Shown: positions 25,823-35,498 of the stretch, piece by piece
Layout: each line of letters begins with the position of its first letter
How positions within the stretch are numbered: the stretch's first letter is position 1
Source of the DNA: an uncultured Candidatus Saccharibacteria bacterium
GTDB taxonomy: Bacteria > Patescibacteriota > Minisyncoccia > Minisyncoccales > JAGGXC01
Length of the DNA: 56,388 nucleotides
Direction: 5' to 3'
NCBI GenBank assembly: GCA_964607015.1
Contig: CAZSHN010000002.1
Location: forward strand, 1 to 56,388
Notes under the pieces: generated by a model
Seen by the model: the letters and a program-made list of their open reading frames with translations, nothing else
Database searches by the model: none
What the model was told of the DNA's origin: nothing
Program-made: the position numbers and the translations under genes

Positions 25823-27528
25823 TCTTCTTCCTCGTTATAATCAGGAGGTATTTGATAATAATTAATAACATATTCAGCTAATTCTCTAAAAATAGGAACA
25901 GCCGAATATTCTGCTGTTCTTGTATTGGGATTATCCAGTTTAACTAGAATAATAAATTCAGGAGAATAAGCAGGAGCAAAACCAATAAAGGTTTGAATTG
26001 TTTTCTCTGAATACCCAGACTTATTAACGCCCATAGAAGAAAAAGAAACTTGAGCTGTACCAGTCTTGCCTCCAACATAATAACCAGGGACTTTCGCTTT
26101 TTTGCCAAAACCGTTCTCTACAACGCTGACAAGCATATCTCTTACTTCAGAAGCAGTCTTTTCAGAAATAACCTGATCCTGAACTTCTAAACTGTTATCT
26201 AGAATAACTTCTTCTGAGTTGACAATCTTATCAACTAAATAAGGTCTAACTAGCTTTCCTCCATTAGCAAAAACAGAGAAAGCTCTAATCAATTGAATAG
26301 GAGTCATTTCTATTCCTTGACCAAAGGATGCTGTAGCAAAATTCACTTCATAACCTTTTTTCAATTCTTTGTTTTCTGAACAAACCTCCCCTTGAGTATC
26401 AATTCCTGTTTTTTCAAAAACTCCAAATTTCTCAATATAATCAAGAAAGGTATCGGGAGACATTTTCTGCGCTGCAAAAACTGCACCAGTATTGATTGAT
26501 TTCTCCAGCACCTCTGTCATCGTAGACTCGCCATAAACTCTATTAGAATAATTATGAATAGTATCAGGTCCAATTTTTATAAAACCTTCATCAACGTATT
26601 TAGTTTCAGGAGTTATTTCCTCCTCTTCTATTGCTGCCGCCATGGTAATTGCTTTAAAAACTGATCCAGGTTCAAAAAGACTCTGAGACACTGGATTAAT
26701 AAATGATTGCAATTCGTAATCAGAATAATCATTGGGATTAAAATCAACTAAAGAAGCTAATGCTTTAATTTCTCCTGTTTTAGGATTAATAACTAATATC
26801 TGACCATTCTCAATTTCTAATTCTTCTTTTGCTTTTTGAAGAAGTTTTCCTGCTTTATATTGAATGTAAAAATCTATTGTTAAAATAAGATCTGATCCTT
26901 CCTGAACAGGCAAAGAGCTGTCTGAATCAAAAAAGATCATATAACCATCAGAACTTCTTTCTCCTACAGCAACTCCTTTTTCTCCCTTTAGCTCCTCTTC
27001 ATAAAAATTTTCTACTCCATATTGCCCTCTTTGTTCTCCGCCAACAAATCCTATTGTATGTGCAGCAAGATCATTTTCTGGGTAATATCTGGTTATCTCG
27101 CTTCCGACATGAATAGAGTCTTCTTTATAATCCTTTACTTTTTCTTTTTCCTCTTCTGATATTTCTTTTTTAACAACAACAAAAGATTTACTATCATCTT
27201 CTACTTTTTCAGAAATTAAATCTTCTTCTAGTCCAAGAGACTGAGAGAGAAGATCTACTACCTTCTCTTTGTCTTTCACTTGAGAAGGAGAAACAAAAAC
27301 AAAATCTGAATTTTTATTGGTAGCTAAAAGAAAAAGACCGCCATCTCGATCTTGAGCAAAAATATCTCCTCTGTTGGGAGTTATAGAATAAGAGATAATT
27401 TGTTGTCCTTTAGCTAAAGCTCTATAAAAATCGTAATTTAGTATTTGAAGATAAGCTAAGCGACATATAATAACCAGGCCAAAAGTAATAATAAGTATTA
27501 AAACTATTTTAATCCGTCGCTTATTCAT
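25819..27528 (-). CDS. ftsI: Penicillin-binding protein 2 / FtsI-type peptidoglycan D,D-transpeptidase
   Basis: N-terminal anchor, PBP dimerisation region, SVFK (SxxK), SIN (SxN) and KTGT motifs. Confidence 0.9.
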   Translation of the reverse strand: MNKRRIKIVLILIITFGLVIICRLAYLQILNYDFYRALAKGQQIISYSITPNRGDIFAQDRDGGLFLLATNKNSDFVFVSPSQVKDKEKVVDLLSQSLGLEEDLISEKVEDDSKSFVVVKKEISEEEKEKVKDYKEDSIHVGSEITRYYPENDLAAHTIGFVGGEQRGQYGVENFYEEELKGEKGVAVGERSSDGYMIFFDSDSSLPVQEGSDLILTIDFYIQYKAGKLLQKAKEELEIENGQILVINPKTGEIKALASLVDFNPNDYSDYELQSFINPVSQSLFEPGSVFKAITMAAAIEEEEITPETKYVDEGFIKIGPDTIHNYSNRVYGESTMTEVLEKSINTGAVFAAQKMSPDTFLDYIEKFGVFEKTGIDTQGEVCSENKELKKGYEVNFATASFGQGIEMTPIQLIRAFSVFANGGKLVRPYLVDKIVNSEEVILDNSLEVQDQVISEKTASEVRDMLVSVVENGFGKKAKVPGYYVGGKTGTAQVSFSSMGVNKSGYSEKTIQTFIGFAPAYSPEFIILVKLDNPNTRTAEYSAVPIFRELAEYVINYYQIPPDYNEEEE

Positions 27529-27539
27529 TGTAATAAAAA

Positions 27540-27905
27540 TTACTTAGCTGCTACTGCAGTATCAATAACGCGAATATATTCTACTTGAGCAACTTTTTCA
27601 AACTCAAGTTCTTCCAATGAATCTTCTAAGCTTTTTAAAGAATTGCTTTTTGAAAAAGAAACTTCAAACTCTTTGTTTTGCTGAACTAGATAATTAACCT
27701 CCTTTTCATATTCTTTGATAAGGGAAGTTTTTTGAATCATAACTCCAACCTGAAAGATGTAAGAAGATAATAGGAGTAGCAAAGAACCAATAATTAAAAT
27801 CCAAAATATTTTAAGATTTGAGTCTTTCCTCTTGGCAACTTTTATTCTGGTAGCCTTTAGGTTGTTTAATAAATTTTGTTTTGCTTTCTTAGTCATTTTT
27901 TTCAC
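27540..27905 (-). CDS. FtsL-like cell-division protein
   Basis: 121 aa, single TM plus coiled coil. Positioned between rsmH and ftsI. Confidence 0.5.
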   Translation of the reverse strand: MKKMTKKAKQNLLNNLKATRIKVAKRKDSNLKIFWILIIGSLLLLLSSYIFQVGVMIQKTSLIKEYEKEVNYLVQQNKEFEVSFSKSNSLKSLEDSLEELEFEKVAQVEYIRVIDTAVAAK

Positions 27906-28791
27906 CTGTTCTCAGTTTAGCAGAACGGGAACGTGGATTTATTTCAATTTCTTTTTTACTCGACCTTATTGGTTTTTTAGTTAATATTTTAAGTGATCCC
28001 TCCTTAACTTTATTTTTAAAAAAATTTTTAACAATTCGATCTTCTAAAGAATGGAAAGATATTACTACTATTCTCCCCGATGGTTCTAATACCTTGAATG
28101 CTTGCTCTAAAGCTTTTTCAAGATTACCTAGCTCATCGTTTACCGTTATTCTTAAAGCCTGGAAAGTACGGGTTGCGAAATGAATTCTCTTATGATGATA
28201 CCAAGGAGGGGTGGCTTTTCTTACAACCTCTACCAACTGCTTTGTAGTAGTTATAGGATTTTTCTTTCTTTCTTTTTCGATCTGACTAGCAATCTTTCTG
28301 CAAAATCTTTCTTCTCCATAATCCTTTATTATTTCTTCAATCTTATTGATCGGAAAATCATTGATAATCTTTTCTGCTGTTAATTCTTCTTCTGGGTTAT
28401 ATCTCATGTCTAGTTTCTCTTCTTTTCGAAAAGAGAATCCTCTCCCACTTTCTTCTGTATGCCAGCTGGAAAATCCTAGATCAAACAAGAATCCATTACT
28501 TTTAAAATTATATTTTTTAACGATCTCTTCTATGTTTGAGAAATTATCACAAACAAGAATCAATCTCTCTTTACTCCATCCTGCCTCTTGAAAACAATTC
28601 TCTAGCTTATCTTTAGTCCTTCTGAAAACTTCTGGGTCGCGCTCTACCCCCAGAAGTTTTCCTGAAGGAGTACTATTTTCCAAAATTGCTAAGCTGTGTC
28701 CTCCTTCCCCTAAAGTACAGTCAACAAAATTCTTTCCTGGTTCTGGTTTTAAAAATTCTATTACTTCTTTTTGAAGAACAGGAATGTGCAT
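27889..28791 (-). CDS. rsmH: 16S rRNA (cytosine1402-N4)-methyltransferase
   Basis: MHIPVLQKEV, DCTLGEGGHS, FDLGFSS and SFHSLEDRIVK motifs. Start taken at ATG 28791, 2 nt after the mraZ stop. Confidence 0.95.
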   Translation of the reverse strand: MHIPVLQKEVIEFLKPEPGKNFVDCTLGEGGHSLAILENSTPSGKLLGVERDPEVFRRTKDKLENCFQEAGWSKERLILVCDNFSNIEEIVKKYNFKSNGFLFDLGFSSWHTEESGRGFSFRKEEKLDMRYNPEEELTAEKIINDFPINKIEEIIKDYGEERFCRKIASQIEKERKKNPITTTKQLVEVVRKATPPWYHHKRIHFATRTFQALRITVNDELGNLEKALEQAFKVLEPSGRIVVISFHSLEDRIVKNFFKNKVKEGSLKILTKKPIRSSKKEIEINPRSRSAKLRTGEKND

Positions 28792-28792
28792 C

Positions 28793-29224
28793 TTAAACAC
28801 CTAATTCTTTTAATCTACCAGCAATATCTCCAACCGCTCCCTCTGTCTTCTTCTTGTAATCTTCCCACTTGCTTTCTTCCCAGACTTCTAACCTATTAAA
28901 AAGTCCTGTTACTACTACCCTCTTCTTTAAAGAAGCATATTTTTTCAAATAGTCAGGAATAAGGATTCGACCAAGATTATCTAGCTTTACATCCATTGCC
29001 CCTGCAAGCATGATTCGGGCAAATTTTCTTGCATCAATTTCTGCAGTAGGAAGGTTCCCTAATTTTTCAGCTAGTTTTTCCCACTCTTTCATTGGGTAAA
29101 CAACAAGACAATTATCAAGTCCGCGGGTAATAACCGCTTTCTTTCCCAGTTCTTTTCTAAACTTTGACGGGATAGCCATTCTCTTTTTCTTATCAATTGT
29201 ATGTGAGTATTCTCCTATAAACAT
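28793..29224 (-). CDS. mraZ: Transcriptional regulator MraZ
   Basis: MFIGEY...DKKKRMAIPSKFR and the second SpoVT/AbrB-like repeat DNLGRILIP. Confidence 0.95.
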   Translation of the reverse strand: MFIGEYSHTIDKKKRMAIPSKFRKELGKKAVITRGLDNCLVVYPMKEWEKLAEKLGNLPTAEIDARKFARIMLAGAMDVKLDNLGRILIPDYLKKYASLKKRVVVTGLFNRLEVWEESKWEDYKKKTEGAVGDIAGRLKELGV

Positions 29225-29229
29225 ATCTT

Positions 29230-29343
29230 TTATCCCCAGATCCGGGGCCTTTTCCCACTTTTATCCACATTTATAACCTACAATTACAGAATATCCCACC
29301 AGACCGTCCTTGTCAACTTCTTTTTCTCCACAAATTATCCCCA
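29230..29343 (-). promoter_or_regulatory. mraZ promoter/operator region with an array of TG(G/T)GGATAA-like direct repeats
   Basis: Minus strand holds TGGGGATAA (29335-43), TGTGGAGAA (29324-32), GTGGGATAT (29291-99), TGTGGATAA (29261-69), GTGGGAAAA (29250-58) and TGGGGATAA (29230-38). TTGACA at 29311-16 with TATTCT 17 nt downstream. Confidence 0.55.
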
Positions 29344-29410
29344 AACAAAAAATAGCCATTTAAGGCTATTTTTCACTTTAAACTCCTGTTTGAAGTTTAT
29401 AAAATTCTAT

Positions 29411-30487
29411 CTATTGATTGTAGTTCTCGAACATAGATTGCATGATTATCATCTGCATTGTTTGTATCAGCTTTGATATAGATTGATAATCTTCAGGTTC
29501 GCTGATAGCTACTGGATCATTAAAGTTAGAAAAATCAATCTCAGTAAGGACAATAAACTTCCCTTCCTCTGTTTGTTGAGAATTAAGAAGTTCTGCTACC
29601 TTTTCACTGCTGATAGTTTTTTCAAACCTTGCCTTGTAAAGATAATAATCTTTCTGTCCTACCCAAATCTCAAGTTCTAGATTTCCTACTTTCTCAAAGA
29701 ACTTATCCAGACTGCTGGAAACTTCTTCTCTCATTCCCTCAAGCTCTCCTTCACTTGGATCTTGCCCTTGCAAGTAATTGCTTGCCAAGACCTCAATCAA
29801 TTCAGGAACAAATTCTTTCACTGCTTCCTGGTCTAGCTCTAAAAGATAATGATAAGCCATCTTCCCATTAATCTCTTCGTCTTTCAATTCTTCCTTTACG
29901 TTATAAAGATCTTTTCCTTCTAAAAGATTCTTAACCTTGTTAAGGATTTCTTCTTGTTTTCCTTCTGGTAAAGATTGATAATCTTGCCCAAGCTGATCAG
30001 AGATAACCTCTAAATCTTCTTGACTCACTCTTATCCATTTTCCTCTAACCATTCCTAGCATTTCAGACATCATCGGAGAAGTGTTTCCAAGATTAGGAAG
30101 TTCATTAATTTTAAAATAAGATGCTTGTCCTACGCTAATCATTTCTCCTGACCCTGAAATGGTTACTCCTTCAGTAGACAAGTCTACCTCAAAACTTCCT
30201 TTGCTTTTCGGATTATCTTGATCGGTATTATCTGAATCTGTAGAAAGATTAATTAAAGCACTCATAATATTTCGATTTTCTTCCCCTCTCGCTCCAATAT
30301 CGATTCTTACATCACTGTGAACAGCATCTAAACCATTCATCTTAGTTGCCATTTCTTTAACAACAACTTCGGGGTCAGGTCGAAAAGGATTCCACATAGG
30401 ATTCCATGTATGAGTATAAAGAGCTGCTACAGTCCCTCCTGCCCCAATCAAGACTACAGCAATAATACCTATAACTATCTTTTTCAT
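29411..30487 (-). CDS. Hypothetical N-terminally anchored extracytoplasmic protein
   Basis: 358 aa with a signal-anchor (IVIGIIAVVLIGAGGTVAAL). No family recognised. Confidence 0.5.
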   Translation of the reverse strand: MKKIVIGIIAVVLIGAGGTVAALYTHTWNPMWNPFRPDPEVVVKEMATKMNGLDAVHSDVRIDIGARGEENRNIMSALINLSTDSDNTDQDNPKSKGSFEVDLSTEGVTISGSGEMISVGQASYFKINELPNLGNTSPMMSEMLGMVRGKWIRVSQEDLEVISDQLGQDYQSLPEGKQEEILNKVKNLLEGKDLYNVKEELKDEEINGKMAYHYLLELDQEAVKEFVPELIEVLASNYLQGQDPSEGELEGMREEVSSSLDKFFEKVGNLELEIWVGQKDYYLYKARFEKTISSEKVAELLNSQQTEEGKFIVLTEIDFSNFNDPVAISEPEDYQSISKLIQTMQMIIMQSMFENYNQ

Positions 30488-30548
30488 ATTTATTTAATTA
30501 ATTAATATTAAAAATGAAAAAACCTTTATTTGTATCTATTATACAATA

Positions 30549-33101
30549 TTAATCAGGATTAACAATTAACTTAAATCCATTAGGATCAACTTTAACACTA
30601 TCTCCTCTTTTAAGATCTCCTCTAAGCAATGCCTCAGCTAAAGCATTTTCTACATTGTCCTGAATCACTCTCTTCATCTCCCTTGCTCCAAAATTAGGAT
30701 TGTAGCCTAATTCAACAACTCTTTCCTCGAGCTCAGGAGTAATAATAAAATCTATATCTCTTTTAGCAAGATTACTCTTTGGTTTGTTAAGCAATAATCC
30801 AGCTATACTTATTAAATTCTCTTTACTCAAAGGTTTGAAAATAACAACACTGTCAAATCTGTTAACTAATTCTGGCCGGAAGACCTTGTTCTCAAATATG
30901 AAATCAAGAAGCTTGCTTTCAATTTCTTCAAAAGGAGTATCTTTTTTAATAGCATCTAAAATAACTAAATAACCTGCATTAGAAGTAGCAATAATTATTG
31001 TGTTTTCAAAACTAACTTTTCTTCCAAGTCCATCAGTTAAATGTCCTTCATCAAAAACTTGAAGAAATAAATTCAAGATATTAGGATGAGCTTTTTCAAA
31101 TTCGTCTAAAAGAACCAAAGAAAAAGGATCTTCTCTGACTTTAGTGGTCAAAAGACCTTCTTCTCCTGGAGATCCTATTAAACGAGGAATATCTCCTATT
31201 GATTGAAACTCAGACATATCTAATCTTATCATCTTCCCTTCTGACCCAAAATAAATTTCAGACAAAGCTTTAGCAGTCTCTGTCTTTCCCACTCCGGTAG
31301 GACCAAGGAATAAGAAAGCTCCCATTGGCCCTTTTCTTTCTGTTACATCAGCCCTTGCCCTCCTTAAGGCAGAACTTATAGAATCTACTGCTATTTCCTG
31401 ATTAACAATTCTCTTATGGATTAATTCTTCTAAATTCAATAATTTCTCCTTCTCGTGAGTTTCTGCCTCTCCTACTGGAATTTCTGTCTTGTCAGAAAAT
31501 ATCTTTGCCACATGTTTTGGTAAGACAACTTTATCTCCAATAGAGCTAACATAAACCATTATCTCGTCTAAAAGATCAACAGCTTTTTTAGGAAAAGGAA
31601 TCTCTTGTAGATACTTATCAGAGAAATTAATAATATCTCTCAAGGCAGGATAAGAAACAAATATTCCATATTTATTCTCTAAACTCAAGGTTATTCTCTC
31701 TAAAATCATTAAAGTTTCTCTTTTGCTTAACTCAGAAACTTCAACTTTTTCAAATAAAGAAAGAATGGAAGGGTCTTGTTCTATGTATTTATGTAAACCA
31801 GTATAAGTAGTAAGGGCAATTATTTGAAATTGAGGAAGGTGTAAATATTTTGCTATTATTCCAGAAACATTGATTATTCCTGGTCCTCCTGCTCCTTTTA
31901 CAAAGTTATGAAAATCTTCAATTACTAAAACAACATTACCTGCTTCTACAACTTCCTGAAATACTTTCTCTAAAACCCCTTCCAATTCTTCTGGACTTTC
32001 AGTGTTCGAAGCAACTAAAGACAAATCTAACTGAACAAACCTCTTGTAATTAACCTCTGGTAACAGCTTGCCTAGAAAACTCATCTCTGAAAGAGATTCA
32101 ATTATACTAGTTCTTCCTACTCCAGGCTGGCCCACTAATAAAACATTATTTATCTCTCTGCGAGAAAGAATCCTCTCCATCTTTTCCAATTCTTTTTCAT
32201 GACCAATCACTTCCGAAAATCCATAACGTTTAATATTCTGAGACAAATCAAAAGAGAAAGCATCTAAAGTTACTGTATACCCGGATGCCCATTCTTTTCC
32301 TAGGCTGCCTTTTCTAATAAGGTTTTCCCACTCCCAAAACTTTTTTTTCTTCTTCATCTTTCTCCTAAAAGAATCTATCCACCATGTTAGATTTTCAATG
32401 TCTTCGGGTCTAATCTTTGACTGAATCATAATTTCTTTCAAAATAGAATTATGCTCTGCAAGAGCAGTAATTATGTCCCCTGTCCCCACTCTTTCGTGTT
32501 CTTTCTTCTGAGCAATTTCAAATGCTTTCCAGATTACCTTTTTGAAATCCTGAGAATACTCTCCGCTAAAACTCCCTTTATCAAGGTTTTTAAGACACTT
32601 TCCTAATAAGTCTTTAATATCTTTCCAATCAATATTAACCCTGGAAAAGATAAAATTAACATCCTCGGTATTCTTAAGGATAAAATAAGCAAGGATAGAT
32701 GAATTAACCTCGGGGATATTTTTAGATTTAGCAAATTTAAAAGATTTGGATACTGATTTTATCGATTCAAAATCAAGGAAATCAGCCAGATTAAATTTCT
32801 CAGAGCTAGAAAATACTTCTTCTATACTTCTCTTCAATTTAGGATTTTTAATCTTTTTCTCAAAAAACAATAAAGCAAAGCAAGAAGCAACAAAAAAAGC
32901 TAAAACAATAAGGCAACTTCCAAGTAAAAATTTAAGTAATCCCTGAGCAAAACTTTCTGTTAAAAATCCATAAAGAAAAATTGAAAACAACAAAAGTAGT
33001 AATCCAGCAAAAAGATTCCTAATCAATCCTATTAGCTTAAAACTTTTTGACCACCTAACCGCCTGATATATTGCTGCTCTTTTGAAATCAAAATTAAACA
33101 T
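30549..33101 (-). CDS. Membrane-anchored ClpB/ClpC-like double-AAA+ protein with degenerate first nucleotide-binding domain
   Basis: 850 aa. Two N-terminal TM helices and a Clp_N-like repeat (GTGDIITALAEH). NBD1 has GQPGVGRTS (Lys->Arg) and VLVIEDFH (DE->ED). NBD2 is canonical: GPTGVGKTE and LLDEFEKAH. Confidence 0.8.
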   Translation of the reverse strand: MFNFDFKRAAIYQAVRWSKSFKLIGLIRNLFAGLLLLLFSIFLYGFLTESFAQGLLKFLLGSCLIVLAFFVASCFALLFFEKKIKNPKLKRSIEEVFSSSEKFNLADFLDFESIKSVSKSFKFAKSKNIPEVNSSILAYFILKNTEDVNFIFSRVNIDWKDIKDLLGKCLKNLDKGSFSGEYSQDFKKVIWKAFEIAQKKEHERVGTGDIITALAEHNSILKEIMIQSKIRPEDIENLTWWIDSFRRKMKKKKKFWEWENLIRKGSLGKEWASGYTVTLDAFSFDLSQNIKRYGFSEVIGHEKELEKMERILSRREINNVLLVGQPGVGRTSIIESLSEMSFLGKLLPEVNYKRFVQLDLSLVASNTESPEELEGVLEKVFQEVVEAGNVVLVIEDFHNFVKGAGGPGIINVSGIIAKYLHLPQFQIIALTTYTGLHKYIEQDPSILSLFEKVEVSELSKRETLMILERITLSLENKYGIFVSYPALRDIINFSDKYLQEIPFPKKAVDLLDEIMVYVSSIGDKVVLPKHVAKIFSDKTEIPVGEAETHEKEKLLNLEELIHKRIVNQEIAVDSISSALRRARADVTERKGPMGAFLFLGPTGVGKTETAKALSEIYFGSEGKMIRLDMSEFQSIGDIPRLIGSPGEEGLLTTKVREDPFSLVLLDEFEKAHPNILNLFLQVFDEGHLTDGLGRKVSFENTIIIATSNAGYLVILDAIKKDTPFEEIESKLLDFIFENKVFRPELVNRFDSVVIFKPLSKENLISIAGLLLNKPKSNLAKRDIDFIITPELEERVVELGYNPNFGAREMKRVIQDNVENALAEALLRGDLKRGDSVKVDPNGFKLIVNPD

Positions 33102-33103
33102 AA

Positions 33104-33502
33104 TTAAAATAAGACTCTAAGTCCCAGGATAAAAACAAATACCAACATTAAAGGCCAAATAAACCATGAAATTAATAAAAGCAAACCAAAAAAGAAAATA
33201 AGGATCTCCACTATTATTCCAATAATTATAAATATAATCCTCAAGAAAGCTCCAAGAGCTCTAGAAATAGCATTTGAAGCAAAAGCTTCTAGATATCTCT
33301 GAAAATCAAACCCCCTTCCGTAAGACCAAGTATATCTTCTCCAAGGAGCAAAAAGAGTTTTTAAAAGAAAAGTAATAGAGAAATATTGTAAATTAAATTT
33401 AAGGAAATTAACCCAAGCTTTAAAAATAGCCTTGGGCTGATCATAAAAATACCACTCTATAAATTTTCTGATGATAAATTTTCTCTTTGCTGCCTGTTCC
33501 AT
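33104..33502 (-). CDS. Hypothetical membrane protein, translationally coupled to the Clp-like gene
   Basis: 132 aa. The stop lies 2 nt before the Clp-like ATG. TGATATAAT box 6 nt upstream of its ATG. Confidence 0.5.
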   Translation of the reverse strand: MEQAAKRKFIIRKFIEWYFYDQPKAIFKAWVNFLKFNLQYFSITFLLKTLFAPWRRYTWSYGRGFDFQRYLEAFASNAISRALGAFLRIIFIIIGIIVEILIFFFGLLLLISWFIWPLMLVFVFILGLRVLF

Positions 33503-33585
33503 TAGTTTATTATATCATTTTATAAAACAAACTTTCAACAAAAAATCTGCACTATGCAGATTTATTATTTTATTAGCAATAAATA

Positions 33586-34125
33586 TTAAATTTGTTTTTC
33601 CTTTTTCTCGGTAGTAACCCTTCCTCCCTGCCATTGTCCTCGATATAAATTAGAATCTCCTTTTACTTGAAAAAACATGAGATGCAATACTCGAGCACCA
33701 AGCTCTAATTTAAATTCTTCATTGCTAAAATTATAAATTCCCATTGTTAATCCTCCGCAATATCCAGGAGCTACCTGACCACCGAAGATATAGACTCCTG
33801 ACCTGAAAAGAGTAGAACGAGGAGTAAACATCGCCAAAAGATCTTTTGGTATATTAACCTTCTCGATCGTTTTCATCAGATAATAAGTATTAGGATTGAG
33901 AGAAACTTCTCTTCTTTCTTCTGGATCAAACTTCGCAATTAATTCAGTATGAGGAGTATCTCTTTCTTCAACTCCTAAAAATCCTTCTCCTCTCACTTCG
34001 TACAACTCCCCTATTCTAATATCAAAACCTGTTCCTTCAGGATGAGTTCTTTCTCTTTCACAAAGATTTTCTACTAAATTCTTTTCCTTAACAAGTTTTA
34101 ATAATTCATTTACGCCTAAAATCAT
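33586..34125 (-). CDS. dCTP deaminase / dUTPase-superfamily protein (second Dcd paralogue)
   Basis: 179 aa. GFDIRIGELY and GGQVAPGYCGGLTMGIYNFSNEEFKLELGARVLHLMF, a beta-barrel trimeric dUTPase-fold pattern. Overlaps the folD 3' end by 20 nt. Confidence 0.7.
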   Translation of the reverse strand: MILGVNELLKLVKEKNLVENLCERERTHPEGTGFDIRIGELYEVRGEGFLGVEERDTPHTELIAKFDPEERREVSLNPNTYYLMKTIEKVNIPKDLLAMFTPRSTLFRSGVYIFGGQVAPGYCGGLTMGIYNFSNEEFKLELGARVLHLMFFQVKGDSNLYRGQWQGGRVTTEKKEKQI

Positions 34126-34954
34126 TTCTTGCTGCTAAATAAACATTTTTTAAAAGATAAGCAACGGTCAAAGGGCCAATCCCTCCTGGAACAGGAGTGA
34201 TAAAAGATGCCTTCCCTTTTACGCTTTCCTTGTCTACGTCTCCCACTATTCCATTCTTCATAAATCTAATGCCGGCATCAATTAAAACACTTCCTTTTTT
34301 AATCATATATCCTTTAATAAAGCGAGGCCTACCACAAACAGAAATAACAATATCAGCTGAACTAATTTTGGGCTTAATCTTAGAAATAGCTTTCTTGTCG
34401 GCCAAAACATAATCTGAATCTATTCCTTTCCTCTTGAAAAAATTCTCTATTGTTTTTCCAAAAACATCTGAGTTGCAAACAGTTACAATCTTTTTGTCAT
34501 CGAAATCCTCTACTACCTGCTCCATTGAACGTAAAACTGCTAAAGGCAAAACAGGCAGGAAATAAGGGTTATTGCTTTTAAGTAAATTTCTATTAACTTC
34601 GTGAAATCCATCTACATCTTTTTTTGGATCAACAGAAGAAATCACCTTTTTTGTATTAATTCTTTCTGGAAGAGGAAGTTGAACAATAATACCATCTACT
34701 AAAACATCTTCATTAAGTTCTCTTATTTTGTCAATGATTTCATATTCATTTGCCTTTTCTGGAAAATTATAACAGAAGATTTTCATTCCTATTTTGTAAG
34801 CAGCTCTCTTTTTATTTCTAATATATAAATCCACATCAGGATTATTCCCTACTTTGATTATTGCCAATGTTGGCGAAACATCTTTTTTCCCTAACTTCTT
34901 TTTAATATCACTAAGTATTTCCTCTGCTACTCTGTTTCCATTAAAAATTATCAT
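34106..34954 (-). CDS. folD: Bifunctional methylenetetrahydrofolate dehydrogenase / methenyl-THF cyclohydrolase
   Basis: DGIIVQLPLP, DVDGFH and TPVPGGIGPLTVAYLLKN motifs. Confidence 0.9.
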   Translation of the reverse strand: MIIFNGNRVAEEILSDIKKKLGKKDVSPTLAIIKVGNNPDVDLYIRNKKRAAYKIGMKIFCYNFPEKANEYEIIDKIRELNEDVLVDGIIVQLPLPERINTKKVISSVDPKKDVDGFHEVNRNLLKSNNPYFLPVLPLAVLRSMEQVVEDFDDKKIVTVCNSDVFGKTIENFFKRKGIDSDYVLADKKAISKIKPKISSADIVISVCGRPRFIKGYMIKKGSVLIDAGIRFMKNGIVGDVDKESVKGKASFITPVPGGIGPLTVAYLLKNVYLAARNDFRRK

Positions 34955-35027
34955 AAAATAAACAAATTTTAAAAATTAAATCTTCTGTTGTTTTATTATA
35001 TTGTAAATTGCCAAAGCTGACAATTTA

Positions 35028-35498
35028 TTAATTATTGTTTTCAGTTCTTCTAATGCGTCCCCATCTTACCTTGTTCCAAGAATATTCATGAAAATAATAT
35101 TCAACAATATTAAGTAAAGCATCAGCAATAACTATCCCAGAAGATATAAAGAAAACTTGGTCGCTGAAATAATGAATAATAAAAAACAAGTATAGGCTGG
35201 CAAGAACCCTCCAGCTAAAAGATTTCGCCAACATTCTTTTCCTTCTTTCTTCAAACCTTCCATCTATAAATTTTCTTCCCCAGTCAGTCCAATCCCAGAT
35301 CCTTTCATGACAATAATAAAGAATAGTATTAGAAACAACATCTACTATGCTCAATCCAGAAGCCAACATCATTTCTCCGGTAAAAATATAAACGGTAAAC
35401 CAAAGAGAAACAGTTCCAACGACTCTCCAGGTAATCGCCTTGGCAGCACTCCTCTCTAATGACACTCTTCCCGGATAATGGGAATAAGAAAAATCCAT
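35028..35498 (-). CDS. DUF2061-type membrane protein (tandem duplicated module)
   Basis: Two repeats of the AKAITWRVVGT / AKSFSWRVLAS motif, each followed by TM helices and HERIWD / HEYSWN. The ATG overlaps the glyA stop (TAATG). Confidence 0.6.
   Translation of the reverse strand: MDFSYSHYPGRVSLERSAAKAITWRVVGTVSLWFTVYIFTGEMMLASGLSIVDVVSNTILYYCHERIWDWTDWGRKFIDGRFEERRKRMLAKSFSWRVLASLYLFFIIHYFSDQVFFISSGIVIADALLNIVEYYFHEYSWNKVRWGRIRRTENNN

Noticed and set aside
29261-29269. Chromosomal origin called from the perfect DnaA box TGTGGATAA
   Set aside because: A single perfect box sits directly in the mraZ operator array, with no adjacent dnaA/dnaN and no obvious AT-rich unwinding element. MraZ binding is the simpler explanation. 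I keep this only as a question in the findings.
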